Origin: an uncultured Gemmatimonadales bacterium
GTDB taxonomy: Bacteria > Gemmatimonadota > Gemmatimonadetes > Longimicrobiales > Gaopeijiaceae
Assembly (NCBI GenBank): GCA_963823035.1
Contig: CAWGKG010000023.1
Coordinates: forward strand, 32,001-96,000
Reading direction: 5' to 3'
Length of the DNA stretch: 64,000 nt
Position numbers and translations under genes: made by a program. How positions within the stretch are numbered: position 1 is the stretch's first letter; every line of letters begins with the position of its first letter. This document shows, piece by piece, positions 32,419 through 44,753 of the stretch. A model generated the notes under the pieces. That model saw only the letters and a program-made list of their open reading frames with translations, did no database searches and had not been told where the DNA came from.

Positions 32419-33552
32419 ATGGCACGCTTCACCCCGGATCAACTCGAGCACGCCGCGAAGCTGAAGACACCGCTCGACCGCGACGGCGCCATCGCGTTCC
32501 TGAGGGCGCTGGATATCCGCATGAGCGTCGGGCACTGGTCGGCGGGCGACTTCGTCGACCGCTTCGCGCCCCTGGGCTATCGCTCGGACGATCCGACGTT
32601 CGCCAGCGACTTCGCGTCGCAGTGCCGGCGTACGCGCGCCGCGGGGATCGACGCGATCGAGATCCATCAGACGGTCTTCCAGAAGACACCCAACGGGGAC
32701 GTCGACTGGGCCGAGGTGGAGCGGGCGCGCGACGGATATCTCCCGGAGCTCGGCCTCGCGGTCACCACGTGCAACATCAACACCTGGACGAACCCGCGCT
32801 TCCGCCTGGGCGGGGTATGCAACCCGGACCCCGTCCTGCGGCGGGAGGCGGTGGAGGAGTTCCGGAAGGCGATCGAGATCTGCGAGCGCCTGGACATCGG
32901 CGTGATCGGCTTCTGGCCGGGCTCGGACGGAGCCGACTACCACTTCCAGATCGACTACCTGCAGTCGCTGGAGTGGTTCACGGAGGCGCTGGTGGAGGTG
33001 AACCGGGCGTGCGTGGAGGCAGGAATCCGCCTCGCGATCGAGCCCAAGCCGTACGAGCCCCGTGAGCTCTACATGATCGTGCCGACGGCGGCCTCCGCCA
33101 TCCTGGTGGCGTCGCGCGTGAACCGCGAGTGCGGCGGCACGAACTGCGGGCTGACCGTGGACTACGGGCACCAGAAGATGGAGGCCACGACGGCGTCCAC
33201 GGCGTGCGACCTGGCCGCCTACGCGGGCGTGCCCATCCACAAGTTCGACGTGAACGACGCCCGCCAGGGGCGCAACGATCAGGACCTCATCTTCGGGACC
33301 GTCTCGATCCCCGAGGCGGTCGAATACCTGTTCACGACGTTCGAGCGGGACTACCGCGGGTGGTACAGCCAGGACCAGTTCACCTACCGGGACGATCCGG
33401 TCCGGGCGATGGAGCGCAGCATGGTCAACTTCGCCAACCTCGCGCTGAAGGCCGCCCGGCTGTATGGCCGGCGCGACGAGCTCGCCGCGGCCCGCCGGGC
33501 CGGCACGGGCCCCGACCTGCTCGACCTCGTCAGCCCGCTCCTGCTCGGTTAG
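32419..33552 (+). CDS. Xylose-isomerase-fold sugar isomerase (divergent)
   Basis: VGHW...DRF, EIH, WPGSDG, EPKPYEP, DYGH, DVND, NDQD and QD metal/catalytic motifs. Confidence 0.8.
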   Translation: MARFTPDQLEHAAKLKTPLDRDGAIAFLRALDIRMSVGHWSAGDFVDRFAPLGYRSDDPTFASDFASQCRRTRAAGIDAIEIHQTVFQKTPNGDVDWAEVERARDGYLPELGLAVTTCNINTWTNPRFRLGGVCNPDPVLRREAVEEFRKAIEICERLDIGVIGFWPGSDGADYHFQIDYLQSLEWFTEALVEVNRACVEAGIRLAIEPKPYEPRELYMIVPTAASAILVASRVNRECGGTNCGLTVDYGHQKMEATTASTACDLAAYAGVPIHKFDVNDARQGRNDQDLIFGTVSIPEAVEYLFTTFERDYRGWYSQDQFTYRDDPVRAMERSMVNFANLALKAARLYGRRDELAAARRAGTGPDLLDLVSPLLLG

Positions 33553-33563
33553 AAGGAGTCATC

Positions 33564-35265
33564 ATGAGCCAGGCCTTCGCGATCGGCCTCGACTACGGAA
33601 CCAACTCGGTGCGCGCGGTCGTGGTGGACTGCGCGAACGGCGACGCGATCGGCACGTCGGTCTTCGACTACCCCTCGGGAGAGCGCGGCGTGATCGTCGA
33701 CGCGCGCGATCCGCACCTCGCTCGGCAGAACCCCGCGGACTACGTGGCGGGGCTGCGCGAATCGACACGGGGCGCGCTGGTCGAAGCCGAGGCCCACCCG
33801 GGCTTCTCGCGCGAGCGCGTGATCGGCATCGGCGTCGACACGACGGGCTCCACGCCCATGCCGGTGGACGCGCGGGCGCGCCCGCTCGCGCTCGACCCGA
33901 AGTGGCGCGACAACCCGGCCGCGCACGCCTGGCTGTGGAAGGACCATACCTCGGCCGAGGAGTCCGCCGCCATCACCCGCATCGCGGCGGAGCACGCTCC
34001 GGAGTACCTGTCGCCGATCGGCGGCACCTACTCGTCGGAGTGGTTCTGGTCGAAGGTCTGGCACTGCCTGAAGGTCGCGCCCGGACGTCTTCGACGCGGC
34101 GGCGAGCTGGGTGGAGCTGGCCGACTACGTGCCGGCCGTGCTCGCCGGGGTGGACGACGTGCGCGACGTGGCGCGCTCCGTGTGCGCGGCCGGGCACAAG
34201 GCGATGTACTCCCCGGTGTGGGGCGGGCTGCCCTCGAAGGACGTTCCTGACGCGGCTCGATCCGCGTCTCGCCGAGCTGCGCGACCGCCTCTACGACGAG
34301 GCGCACGCGCCCGACCGGCCGGCCGGCAGGCTGAGCGCCGAGTGGGCCGGAGACGCTCGGGCTGCCCGAGGGCATCCCGATCGCGATGGGCGGCTTCGAC
34401 GCGCACTACGGCGCCGTGGGCTCGCACGTGAGCCCCGGCACCCTGGTGAAGATCATCGGCACGTCCACCTGCGACATCGCGATCGCACCGTCCGGCGAGC
34501 CCCTCGCGGACGTGCCCGGCATCTGCGGCATCGTCAACGGCTCGGTCATGCCGGGCTACTACGGCATCGAGGCCGGGCAGTCGGCCGTGGGCGACCTCCT
34601 GCGCTGGTGGGTGGACGGGGTGTGCGAGGGCGACGACTCCCTGCACGCCGAGCTCTCCGACCGGGCCGGCGAAGCTCCGCCCGGGCGAGTCCGGGCTGTT
34701 GGCGCTCGACTGGAACAACGGCAACCGCACGATCCTCGTGGACACGCGGCTCACGGGGCTCCTCCTCGGGCAGACGCTCCACACGGACCGTGCCGAGGTG
34801 TACCGCGCGCTCATCGAGGCGACGGCGTTCGGGGCGCGCGCGATCATCGAGCGGATGGTGGAGCACGGCGTCCCGATCGAGCGCGTGGTCGTCTGCGGCG
34901 GCATCGCGGCGAAGAACGCGCTCTTCCTGCAGATCTACGCGGACGTGCTCGGGCGGCCGATGCTGCTCGCCGGGTCGTCGCAGACCCCGGCGCTCGGCGC
35001 CGCCCTCTCGGCCGCGGTGGCGGCCGGCTCGGCGGCGGGCGGCTACGACGACTTCGCGGAGGCGCAGGCGCGCATGACGTCGCTCAAGGACGAGCGCTTC
35101 GAGCCGAACCCGGAGGCGACGGCCGTCTACGACGAGCTCTACGGGATGTACCGCGAGCTGCACGACGTCTTCGGGGGCGTGCCGGGCGCGAAGACCGACC
35201 TCCCCACGATCATGAAGCGGCTGCTCGCCCTGCGGGAGCGGGTCGCGGGCGGGGAGGCGTCGTGA
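33564..35265 (+). CDS. araB: Ribulokinase; frameshifts near 34082, 34245, 34350 and 34675
   Basis: IGLDYGTNSVRA, GVDTTGSTP, LWKDHT, YSSEWFWSK, FDAH, IGTSTC, GIEAGQSAVGD, LDWNNGNRT, EATAFG. Confidence 0.9.
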
Positions 35266-35967
35266 CGCTCCTGGCCGCGGAGCTCCGGGAGCGTGTCTGG
35301 CGCGCGAACGTCGAGCTGGGCGAGAGCGGGCTGGTGACGGGGACGTTCGGCAACGTCTCCGGCGTGGATCGCGACGACGGCCTCTTCGCGATCAAGCCGA
35401 GCGGGGTGCCCTACGCGGAGCTGTCGCCGGCGCACATGGTGCCGGTGTCGCTGGAGACCGGCGAGGTGCTGGAGGGCACGCTGCGCCCCTCCTCCGACAC
35501 GCCCACGCACCTGGAGCTCTACCGCGCCTTCCCGTGCGGCGGCGTGGCGCACACGCATTCGGAGTTCGCCACCGCGCTCGCGCAGGCGCGGCTGCCCGTG
35601 CGCTGCATGGGCACGACGCACGCCGACTACTTCCGGGGCGACGTGCCGGTGACGCGCGAGATGACGCGGGACGAGGTCGAGAGCGCCTACGAGAGGAACA
35701 CCGGGCTCGTCATCGTGGAGGCGTTCCGCGAGCGGCGGGCCCTCGCCCGAGGACGTGACCGGCGTGCTGGTGGCGAACCACGGGCCGTTCACCTGGGGGC
35801 GGGACGCGCACGAGGCCGTGGAGCGTTCGCGCATCCTCGAGCTGCTCGCGCGCATGGAGTGCACGGTCCGCTCGGTGGCCCCGGACGCGCGCAGGCCCGA
35901 GACGTACCTCGTCGACAAGCACTTCCTCCGCAAGCACGGGAGCACCGCCTATTACGGTCAGGGGTGA
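35262..35967 (+). CDS. araD: L-ribulose-5-phosphate 4-epimerase; frameshift near 35735
   Basis: TFGNVSG, IKPSGV, PSSDTPTH, HTHS, GTTHADYF, NHGPFTWG, KHFLRKHG..AYYGQ. Confidence 0.92.
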
Positions 35968-36335
35968 GGGGGACGGGCCCGCACCGCGCGCGGTCCTCTG
36001 GGATCTGGACGGGACGCTGGCCGACTCGAAGGCCTACCACTGGCGGTCGTGGCAGGAGGCGCTGGCCGCAGAGGGCGTGCGCGTCACGGAGTCGGACTTC
36101 GAGGCCAGCTTCGGGCAGCGCAACGACGAGCTCACCGCGGCGACGCGGCTGGGCGTGGCCCCGGAGCGCTGCGTCGTGGTCCGGAGGACGTCGGCGACGC
36201 GAAGGCGAGGCCACCCGCCGCGGGGGCATGCGGTGCCGATCGGCGTCGGCCGAGGCCGCCGCCGGCGCGGACCTGGCCGTGACGTCGCTGCGCGACCTCG
36301 CGCCCGACGCGTTCGAAGGGCTCCTGGACGGCTAG
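35964..36335 (+). pseudogene. HAD-superfamily phosphatase (beta-PGM-like) remnant with internal deletion
   Basis: WDLDGTLADS..HWRSW...FGQRNDE is joined directly to RLGVAPERCVVV(ED)...ADLAVTSL. The middle, including motif II, is missing. Confidence 0.7.
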
Positions 36336-36342
36336 TCGCGCG

Positions 36343-37927
36343 ATGCCGATCTACCTGGGACTCGACTGCGCGACGCAGAGCCTCACGGCGATCGCGATCG
36401 AGGTGGAGGAGGGTCGGCGCCGCGTCCTCTTCGAGCGCTCCCTCCGCTACGACGAGGCGTTCCCCGCCTACGGCACCGTCGACGGCGTGCTTCGCCACCC
36501 CGACCCCCGTGTGGTGCGTTCCTCCCCGCTCATGTGGGCGGAGGCCCTCGACACGATGATGGCGTGCGTCGCCGCGGAGCTGGGCGCCGACGTGCGCCGC
36601 ATCGCGGCGGTGAGCGGCTCGGCGCAGCAGCACGGCTCCGTCTACCTGCGCGCCGAGGCCGACGCCGTGTTGGCCGACCTTGACCCGCGGCGCCCGCTCA
36701 CCGCCCAGCTTCCCGGCACCTTCGCGCTCGACGTCGCGCCCGTGTGGATGGACGCGAGCACCGCCCCGCAGTGCGCGGAGATCACGAACGCCCTCGGCGG
36801 CCCCGAGGCCGTGGCCCGACTCACCGGCTCCAGGGTGTTCGAGCGCTTCACGGGTCCGCAGATCCGCAAGCTCTGGCAGACCGACCCGGAGGCGTGGGCG
36901 CGCACCGCGCGCGTCCACCTCGTCAGCTCGTTCCTGGCGTCGCTCCTGGCCGGTGACCACCATGCCGATCGACACCGGGGACGGCTCGGGGATGAACCTC
37001 ATGGACATCCGTCGCGCACGGTGGGCCGGTGCCGCCCTCGAGGCGACCGCCCCGGGCCTCCGCGACCGCCTTCCCCCCGTGGTGCACCCCGATACGGTGG
37101 TCGGCCACCTTTCGCGCTATTGGACGGACCGTCACGGCCTGCCCCCGGCTCGGCTCGTCGCCTGGACGGGGGACAATCCCTCCAGCCTGGTCGGCGTGGG
37201 CCTGGTGGACCCCGGCACGGTGGCGGTGTCGCTCGGCACGAGCGACACCCTCTTCACGCTCCTGGACGGCTTCGCGCTCGACCCTTCGGGCACCGCGCAC
37301 GTGTTCGGCGCGCCCACCGGGGAGCTGATGAGCCTGGTCTGCTTCCGGAACGGGTCGCTCGCGCGTGAGCGGGTCCGCGACGCCTTCGGGCTCGACTGGG
37401 ACGGCTTCACAGCGCTGCTGCGCGAGACTCCCCCCGGCAACCACGGGGCGCTCATGCTCCCCTGGTTCGAGCCGGAGATCACGCCGCGTGTCGACGCGAC
37501 CGGCGTCCACCGTCTGGGCTTCACGGCGGACGACATCGGCGCGAATGTCCGGGGCGTGGTCGAGGGACAGATGCTCTCGATGCGGGTGCACGCACGCTGG
37601 GCCGCACCGCGCGTCGAGCGCATCCACGCCACCGGAGGGGCGGCCCGCAACGGCGCGCTCCTCCAGGTCATGGCGGACGTCTTCGACGCCCCGGTCCACC
37701 GGATCGACGTGACGAACGCCGCCTGCCTGGGCGCCGCTCTGCGCGCCGCGCACGCGGACGCGGCCGCGAACCACCGGGCCGTCGACTGGAGCGAGGTGGT
37801 CTCCGGGTTCGCCGAGCCGAACCCGGCGCTGGCCGTGACGCCGGACCCGTCGGCCGTCGAGGTGTACCGACGGCTGTCCGGGGTGTACGAGGAATACGAG
37901 AAACGCGTCCTTACGGAGATCCGATGA
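36343..37927 (+). CDS. xylB: Xylulokinase (eukaryote-type FGGY subgroup); frameshift near 36962
   Basis: YLGLDCATQ, SGSAQQHGSVY, WMDAST, ERFTGPQIRK, LVSSFLASL, DGSGMNL, GDNPSS, SLGTSDT, CFRNGSLARE. Confidence 0.88.
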
Positions 37928-40673
37928 GCAAGCGTACCCCGCTACCCGGCACCCCCGCGCACCGTCTCGCGCTCGTGGCCCTCCTCCTCGGCGCGGCGCC
38001 GACGGCGACGCTGGCGCAGATGCGCGGGCGCCCTCCGGCCGACACCGTCCCCACGCTGGGCCTCGAGCAGGGCACGATCGACCTGCAGACGCCGCACTTC
38101 GACCTGTCGCTGGTGCGCGCTTCCCAGACCGTGGCCGCACTGCGGCCCAAGGGAGCGGACGGCTTCGACTTCACGCCTTCCGACTGGTTGGTGCGGAGGG
38201 CGGCGAACGGCTTCAACCACCTGGGCGACCTGGACCTGCGCGTAAGGACGTCGGGGGCCGCCGAGTGGCGGGAGATCTCCACGGCGGCGGCCCGCAAGCC
38301 GGTGCGTGCCCTCGCGGCCTCGGGCGACGTGCTCGCCGCCGCGGACCTCGCGCCCACGCTCCCCGCGGATCTCCCCCTGAGCGTACGCCGCTACTGGGAG
38401 CTGCGGGACGGCAACCTCGGCGCTCCGCTTCGAGCTCCGGAACACCTCCGACGCACCGGTGGAGATCGGGGCGCTCGGCATCCCCATGATCTTCGACAAC
38501 ATCCTGAGCGACCGCTCGCTCGACGAGGCCCACGCGGTGGCCTCCTTCCACGATCCCTACATCGGGATGGACGCGGGCTACGTGCAGGTCACCCGCCTCA
38601 ACGGCCACGGCCCCGCCCTGGTCGTGGCTCCCCTCGAGGGCACGCCGCTGGAGGCCTGGCGCCCGCTCCTCTCCGATCCGACGCCCCGGGGGATCACCTT
38701 CGAGGGGTTCTACGAGTGGATGCCGCTCAGCGCGGCATGGGCCGAGGACGAATGGAGCGACGCCGAGCCCTGGAATCCGGCGACGTCCGCGACGCTGTCA
38801 CCCGGCGAGACGCGCTCGTGGGGGGTGGAGTTCCTCGTCTCCGACGAGATCCGCGACATCGAGCAGACGCTGTTGGCCAACGGCCGCCCCGTGGCGGTCG
38901 GCGTCCCCGGCTACGTGGTCCCGATGGACATCGACGCGCGCCTCTTCCTCCGCCACGCGAGCGCGGTGCGCTCGCTCGAGGTCGACCCGGCCGGCGCGCT
39001 CGACCTGACGGCGGACGGTACCACCGAGGGCGGATGGGCCCGCTACGACGTGCGGGGCCGGCGGTGGGGGCGTGCCCGGCTGACCGTGACGTACGCGGAC
39101 GGCCTCGAGCAGACGATCCACTACAAGGTGGTGAAGTCGGCCGCCCAGGTCGTCGACGACCTGGGCCGCTTCCTGACCACGGAGCAGTGGTTCGACCGCC
39201 CGGACGATCCCTTCGGGCGCGCGCCCTCGGTGATCACCTACGACTGGGACACCAAGAGCCAGGTCACCGAGGACAACCGCGCCTGGATCGCCGGCCTCGG
39301 CGACGAAGGGGGCTCGGGGTCGTGGCTGGCCGCCGTGATGAAGCAGCTGGTGCGGCCCGATCCGGCCGAGCTCGCCAAGCTGCAGGCCTTCGTGGACAGC
39401 ACGCTCTGGGGCGGGCTCCAGTACGACTCCGGGGAGCTCGCAGTACGGCGTCAGGAAGAGCCTCTTCTACTACGAGCCCGACCAGATGCCCGCCGGGACG
39501 TACAGCGACAGCATCCGCTACGGCGGATGGTCGAGCTGGAACCGCCAGGAGGCGATGTCGGTCGGCCGCTCGTACAACTACCCGCACGTGGCCGCCGCCT
39601 ACTGGGTGCTCTACCGCCTGGCGCGCGACCACCAGGGGCTCGTGACCAACCACGCGTGGGACTGGTACCTGGAGCACGCGTGGCGCACCGGCCAGGCGAT
39701 GGTGCAGCACGCCGCACACTACGCGCAGTTCGGCCAGATGGAAGGGACCATCTTCGTGATGATCCTGCACGACCTGAAACGCGAGGGTTGGACCGAGCAG
39801 GCGGGCACGCTCGAGGGCATCATGAAGGAGCGGGCCGAGGTGTGGCGCCAGCTCGGCTATCCCTTCGGGAGCGAGATGCCGTGGGACTCCACCGGCCAGG
39901 AGGAGGTCTACGCCTGGTGCCGCTACTTCGGGTACGACGCGAAGGCCGAGGTGACGCTGAACGCGATCCTCGGGTACATGCCGACGGTTCCGCACTGGGG
40001 CTACAACGGTAGCGCGCGCCGCTACTGGGACTTCCAGTACGCGGGCAAGCTGCGCCGGCTGGAGCGGCAGCTCCACCACTACGGCTCCGGGCTGAACGCG
40101 ATCCCCGTGCTGACCGAGTACCGGGCGCACCCCGACGACCTGTACCTGCTGCGCGTCGGGTACGGCGGCGTGATGGGCTCGATCGCCAACATCACGCAGG
40201 AGGGATTCGGCCCGAGCGGCTTCCACGCCTTCCCGTCGACGCTGCGCATCGACGGCATCTCCGGGGACTACGGCCCCAACTTCTTCGGGCACGCGGTCAA
40301 CACGGGTACGTACGTCACGCACGATCCCGACCTCGGCTGGCTCGCCTTCGGCGGCAACCTCACGGAGGAGGGGGGCACCGTGCGCGTGACGCCGCTCGAC
40401 GCGTCGCGCGCGCGGGTCTACCTGGCGCCGCTGGGTCTCTGGCTCACGCTGGAGGCCGGCACCTTCGAGCGCGTGGAGCTGACCCCCGATGGCGAGGTGG
40501 TGCTCACGCTCTCGCCGGCCACCGCGTACACGCCGCAGGCCAGGCTGCGCGTCGAACAGCCGGCCGCCGTGGAGGGTGTGGAGATGATCGCCCCGGAGCT
40601 CGAGCTGAACGTCGAGCGCGACGCCTACGTGGTGCCGCTCGGTAGCGGGACGACGGAGGTGCGCCTGCGCTGA
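37924..40673 (+). CDS. DUF5695-like secreted protein, putative glycosidase; frameshifts near 38415 and 39440
   Basis: Signal peptide; DPYIGMDAGY, WIAGLGDEGG, RSYNYPHV, FGSEMPWDSTGQEEVY, HWGYNG, ERQLHHYGS, SGDYGPNF. Family assigned from memory. Confidence 0.72.
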
Positions 40674-40692
40674 GGCGGGCGGCCGCGGACGC

Positions 40693-41176
40693 TCACCAGA
40701 CCCTTTGCCAGCGCTGGGATCCGATCCCCAGGCCGAGTAGCGTACCGATGGGCGCGGCGACGATGGCGCCGACGATCGCGCTGATGATGAAACGCCCCGG
40801 AGGCCGAGTCCGCGCATCCGGGTGAGTCGCACGGGCCCGACGCGTCGGAGTATCCGAGCGCACCGACGATTCCGAACACCAGCGCCCCACCGGCCGCGCC
40901 GAAGCCGAGTCCCTTCAGCGCTCCGATCGCGTGGCTGCGCCCGCGGCTCACATCCAGGCGCACGATCGTCGAAGCGGGGATCGTGTCGGGCGGTCCGGAT
41001 CCGGGGCGGACGACGAGGCCGAGCTCCGTGCCCGACACGAGGAGGCCCTTCACGACCCGGGTCTGGCCGTCGGTCCCGAACTCAGCCCGCACCGCGGTTC
41101 CGATCGGGGGCGGCACGCGCAGCGGAGAGGACTGGGCCTCCACGGCGACGCCGCCGAGGGCCAGGAGCACGAACAC
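40693..41176 (-). CDS. Hypothetical membrane protein; frameshift near 40790
   Basis: Signal peptide, small beta domain and two Gly/Ala-rich hydrophobic segments, ending QRWQRVW. Confidence 0.55.
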
Positions 41177-41243
41177 CGATCCGAACCGCGCTGCTCGCCC
41201 GCGACGAGCGAACCATGGACCCTCTGGGCCGGGAGAATCCGCT

Positions 41244-42947
41244 CTACTCCGCGCAACCCGGAAGCCGGAATGCGCCGATGCGCGTAGAGTACCGTTCGGC
41301 CCCCTCCTTCAGGTAGTCCCCCACGTACCAGATCGTGCAGTCGTCCCGCGGGTCGACCGCGGTCTGCGTGTAGTCCTCCCAGCGCAGCGTGCTCGTCTGC
41401 GCGGCCTCGCCCTCCACCAGAACGGTCTCCCCCAGCGTGAGCCTGCCGAGGGGGTCGTCCGCCCTGCGCCCCGAGAAGCGCTGGCCGGCGAAGTGCGGCG
41501 TGCCCCCGAAGGAGTAGCCGATGCCGATGTTCCCGAGGCCGTCCATCGCCGGGCTCCCCATCCAGCGGTAGAGGCCGTCCGGCGCGTACGTCCCCTGCTG
41601 CCTGAGGGTCATGGAGCGTGACGCCCCGACCGTGAGCTCGTACCAACGCACGCCCCCGCCACCCGCCTCCGTGTCGACGGAGTGGACGGCCACCACCGCC
41701 TCGCGCTCGCCCAGGTTCCGGTAGACCACCCTGGCCATGAGCTTGTCGCCCTGGGCGTCGAGGTGGCGGTCGGTTCCCGGCTGGCGGACGCAGTTGGTGA
41801 GCTGCCCGTCGCACAGGTAGTGGTAGGGGGCCACGGGGATCTTCTCGGGGCCCGTGAGCGTGGTCGCGGCGGGATCCTCCCAGTCGACGTGGAACCGCCA
41901 GGCGTAGAGGCCGTCGTCGTCGAAATCCCCGCGCAGCTGCGTGCCGCCCGTGGCCAGCACCGGGTTCGGGGCGCCCTCCGGCGGGAGCCGGCGTCCGTCG
42001 AGGTCGGCGTTGTTCAGGAAGCCCACGTCGGCCACCACGAAGCACTGCTCGCGCGCCGGCTCGCCCGCGAGCATGCGCGCACGCTCGACCACGCACGTGT
42101 GCTTCTCCACCACGTTGTCGCCCGTGCTGGTCGGCACGTAGTAGCCGTCCGGCCAGACGGCGGGGCGCGGGTAGTCCGGGAAGAGCGGGCGCAGGAACTC
42201 GTACCGGTACCACGAGCCCATCGGGTCCGGGCTCGTGCTCACCGCGTAGCACATCCCCCACGGCCCTTCCTCCTCGGGGGGTCGCTGCCCGGGCGGACCG
42301 CTCCGCCCCGCCACGTTCCCCTGCGCCTCGGGCGCGGGCTCGGGCGCGGGCACGAAGAGCGGCGCGGCCGGGCCCGGCTGCCCCGGCACGCCCTCCGGGC
42401 TCAGATAGGCGGTGGGCGACGGCGTCCAGACGGGCGGCTGATCCGGACGGGCCGGCTGCCGCCGGAACAACGGCATGACCACGAGCCACCGATCCGCGAG
42501 CTGGTCGTAACGCGCGACGGCGTCGCCGTTGTTCGTGCGCTCGCACATGCCCCCGAAACCGTGGAAGAGCGTGTTCGTCGGCACGGCGCCGTACAGCACC
42601 TCGCCGGTCGTGTCGTACCGCTCGCCCTTCCGGCTGAAGATCGCCAGCCGCGAGTTCACGACCTGCACCACGTGGTCGGGGCCGACCGCCAGGCTGTTGT
42701 CCGAGGGATTCCGACCGGTGGACACGCCCTGCGGGCCCGTGAAGCCCACGCCGAGGCCGTCGAACGCCTCCACCAGACGGGGTCCCGGCGCCGACCCCTG
42801 CACCGTCTGCTCGATGGCCGCCCCCTCGGTGCTCGCGACCGGCCGAAGCCCCACCGTCCTCGCGGTCTGTCGGGCCTGGAAGAGGAGGAACACGCCTCCG
42901 GCCAACAGCGCCATCACCACGACCGCGGTCCAGGGATTCCTCGCCAT
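41244..42947 (-). CDS. Uncharacterised secreted/anchored protein
   Basis: RBS GGAGGAG, ATG 42947; N-terminal hydrophobic helix; [38 protein letters not shown]. Confidence 0.8.
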   Translation of the reverse strand: MARNPWTAVVVMALLAGGVFLLFQARQTARTVGLRPVASTEGAAIEQTVQGSAPGPRLVEAFDGLGVGFTGPQGVSTGRNPSDNSLAVGPDHVVQVVNSRLAIFSRKGERYDTTGEVLYGAVPTNTLFHGFGGMCERTNNGDAVARYDQLADRWLVVMPLFRRQPARPDQPPVWTPSPTAYLSPEGVPGQPGPAAPLFVPAPEPAPEAQGNVAGRSGPPGQRPPEEEGPWGMCYAVSTSPDPMGSWYRYEFLRPLFPDYPRPAVWPDGYYVPTSTGDNVVEKHTCVVERARMLAGEPAREQCFVVADVGFLNNADLDGRRLPPEGAPNPVLATGGTQLRGDFDDDGLYAWRFHVDWEDPAATTLTGPEKIPVAPYHYLCDGQLTNCVRQPGTDRHLDAQGDKLMARVVYRNLGEREAVVAVHSVDTEAGGGGVRWYELTVGASRSMTLRQQGTYAPDGLYRWMGSPAMDGLGNIGIGYSFGGTPHFAGQRFSGRRADDPLGRLTLGETVLVEGEAAQTSTLRWEDYTQTAVDPRDDCTIWYVGDYLKEGAERYSTRIGAFRLPGCAE

Positions 42948-42967
42948 CGGACTCCTCCCGCAGGTAG

Positions 42968-44475
42968 CTATCGGCCTCCCGGTGTCCGGTAGCTCGCGTC
43001 GTTCCAGCGCAGCTCGTTCTTGAGGCCACGCAGCGTGGTGTCGGCGTCGATGACGATCAGCTCGACGCCGTTCATCTCCGCGAAGTCCTCCAGATGCTCC
43101 GTGGTCAGCGCCTGGCTGAGGCCCGTGTGGTGGGCGCCGCCCGCGAGGATCCACCCCGTGGCCGCGACCTCGAGGTCGGGGCGCGCCAGCCAGAGCGCCC
43201 GCGCGACGGGGAGCTTCGGGAGCGGCTCGTCCGTCGGGATCACGTCGACCTCGTTCACCACCAGGCGGAACCGTCCGCCCACGTCGATCACCGAGGCGTT
43301 CACCGCCGGCCCGGGGCGCGTGTCGAAGACCAGGCGGACCGGGTCCTCCTTGCCGCCGATCGACAGCGGATGGACTTCCAGCGACAGCGCACCCGTCGCG
43401 ATCGACGGGACAGACCTCCAGCATGTGGGCGCCGAGCACCTTCATCGCGCCCGCGGCCATGTGGTAGGTGTAGTCCTCCATGAAGGACGTGCCACCCTCC
43501 AGCCCGGTCGCCATGACCTTCATGGCCCGCAGCAGCGCGGCGGTCTTCCAGTCGCCCTCCGCGCCGAAGCCGTATCCGTCCGCCATCAGCCGCTGGACGG
43601 CCAGCCCGGGCAGCTGCGCCAGCCCGTGCAGGTCCTCGAAGGTGGTCGTGAACGCCCGGAAGTCGCCCTCCTCGAGGAAGCGGCGCATGCCGGCCTCGAT
43701 GCGGGCGCCGTCGCGCAGGGACTCGTGCCGCGCGCCGCCGGGACGCAGCTCCGCCGTCACCTCGTACCGCTCGACGTACTCCGCGACGAGCGCGTCGACC
43801 TCGGTGTCCTTCACCGCGTTCACCCGCGCCACCAGGTCGCCCACGCCGAAGCCGTAGACGTCGTAGCCGAAGCGGATCTGTGCCTCGACCTTGTCACCCT
43901 CGGTGACGGCCACGTCGCGCATGTTGTCGCCGAAGCGCGCGATGCGGGCCGTGCGGGCGTCGTGACGCGCGCAGGCCGCGCGGGCCCACGTGCCCAGGCG
44001 GGCACGCACGACATCGTCCTGCCAGAACCCGACCACGACCTTGCGGTTCAGACGCAACCGGCTGCCGATGAAGCCGAACTCGCGGTCGCCGTGCGCCGAC
44101 TGGTTCAGGTTCATGAAGTCCATGTCGATGTCGGCCCACGGGATCTCACGGTTGTACTGCGTGTGCAGGTGCACGAACGGCTTGTCGAGCGCCTGCAGCC
44201 CGGCGATCCACATCTTCGCGGGGGAGAAGGTGTGCATCCACGTGACGAGACCCACGCACGCATCGTCGGCGTTGGCGTCCAGGCAGAGCCTGCGCACGGC
44301 GTCCGGGGTGGTGAGGACGGGCTTGAACACCACGTCGACGGGGATGGCGCCCTGTCCCGGACAGCGATGCCGCCATCTCGCGGGCGTGCGCGGCCACGGT
44401 TTCCAGAACCTCGGGTCCGTAGAGGTGCTGGCTGCCCGTGACGAACCAGACTTCGAGCTTGGTGAGATCGATCAC
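42968..44475 (-). CDS. araA: L-arabinose isomerase; frameshifts near 44350 and 43410
   Basis: [70 protein letters not shown]. Confidence 0.94.
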
Positions 44476-44595
44476 GATGGGGGTCCCTGTGGTTCCCGTG
44501 TGAGGTCGAAGCGGTCGGAGCAGGTGGCCGCGGATCTTTCCTTCCCGAGCGCCATCTTGGCGCCCCCGCGCCAGCGGATCAAGGAGCGGGCACAT

Positions 44596-44606
44596 CTGAT
44601 ACATCA
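44596..44606. promoter_or_regulatory. Operator palindrome CTGATACATCA in the araA/qor divergent region
   Basis: Identical to the box at 1029-1039. Confidence 0.6.
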
Positions 44607-44753
44607 ATCGGGGTGCCGCCGGATCTGCATGCGGGGGCGTTCCTTCGGCGCCAGGCGGCGGCGTGCGTCCCCGGGACCTCCCGGCGAGGACGAGGGTGCT
44701 CATCGGACGGAGGGGTCGCGTGGCGATCCCCGCCCCGAACGAGGGAGCGGCGC

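Noticed and set aside
33564..35967. Programmed frameshifting or phase variation in araB/araD
   Set aside because: No consistent slippery motif, and the same indel noise affects unrelated genes window-wide.
41244..44333. 1029-aa ORF appearing to fuse AraA to a secreted protein
   Set aside because: Artefact of the frameshift near 43410. The AraA C-terminus is in another frame (stop 42968), and the second gene has its own RBS and ATG at 42947.
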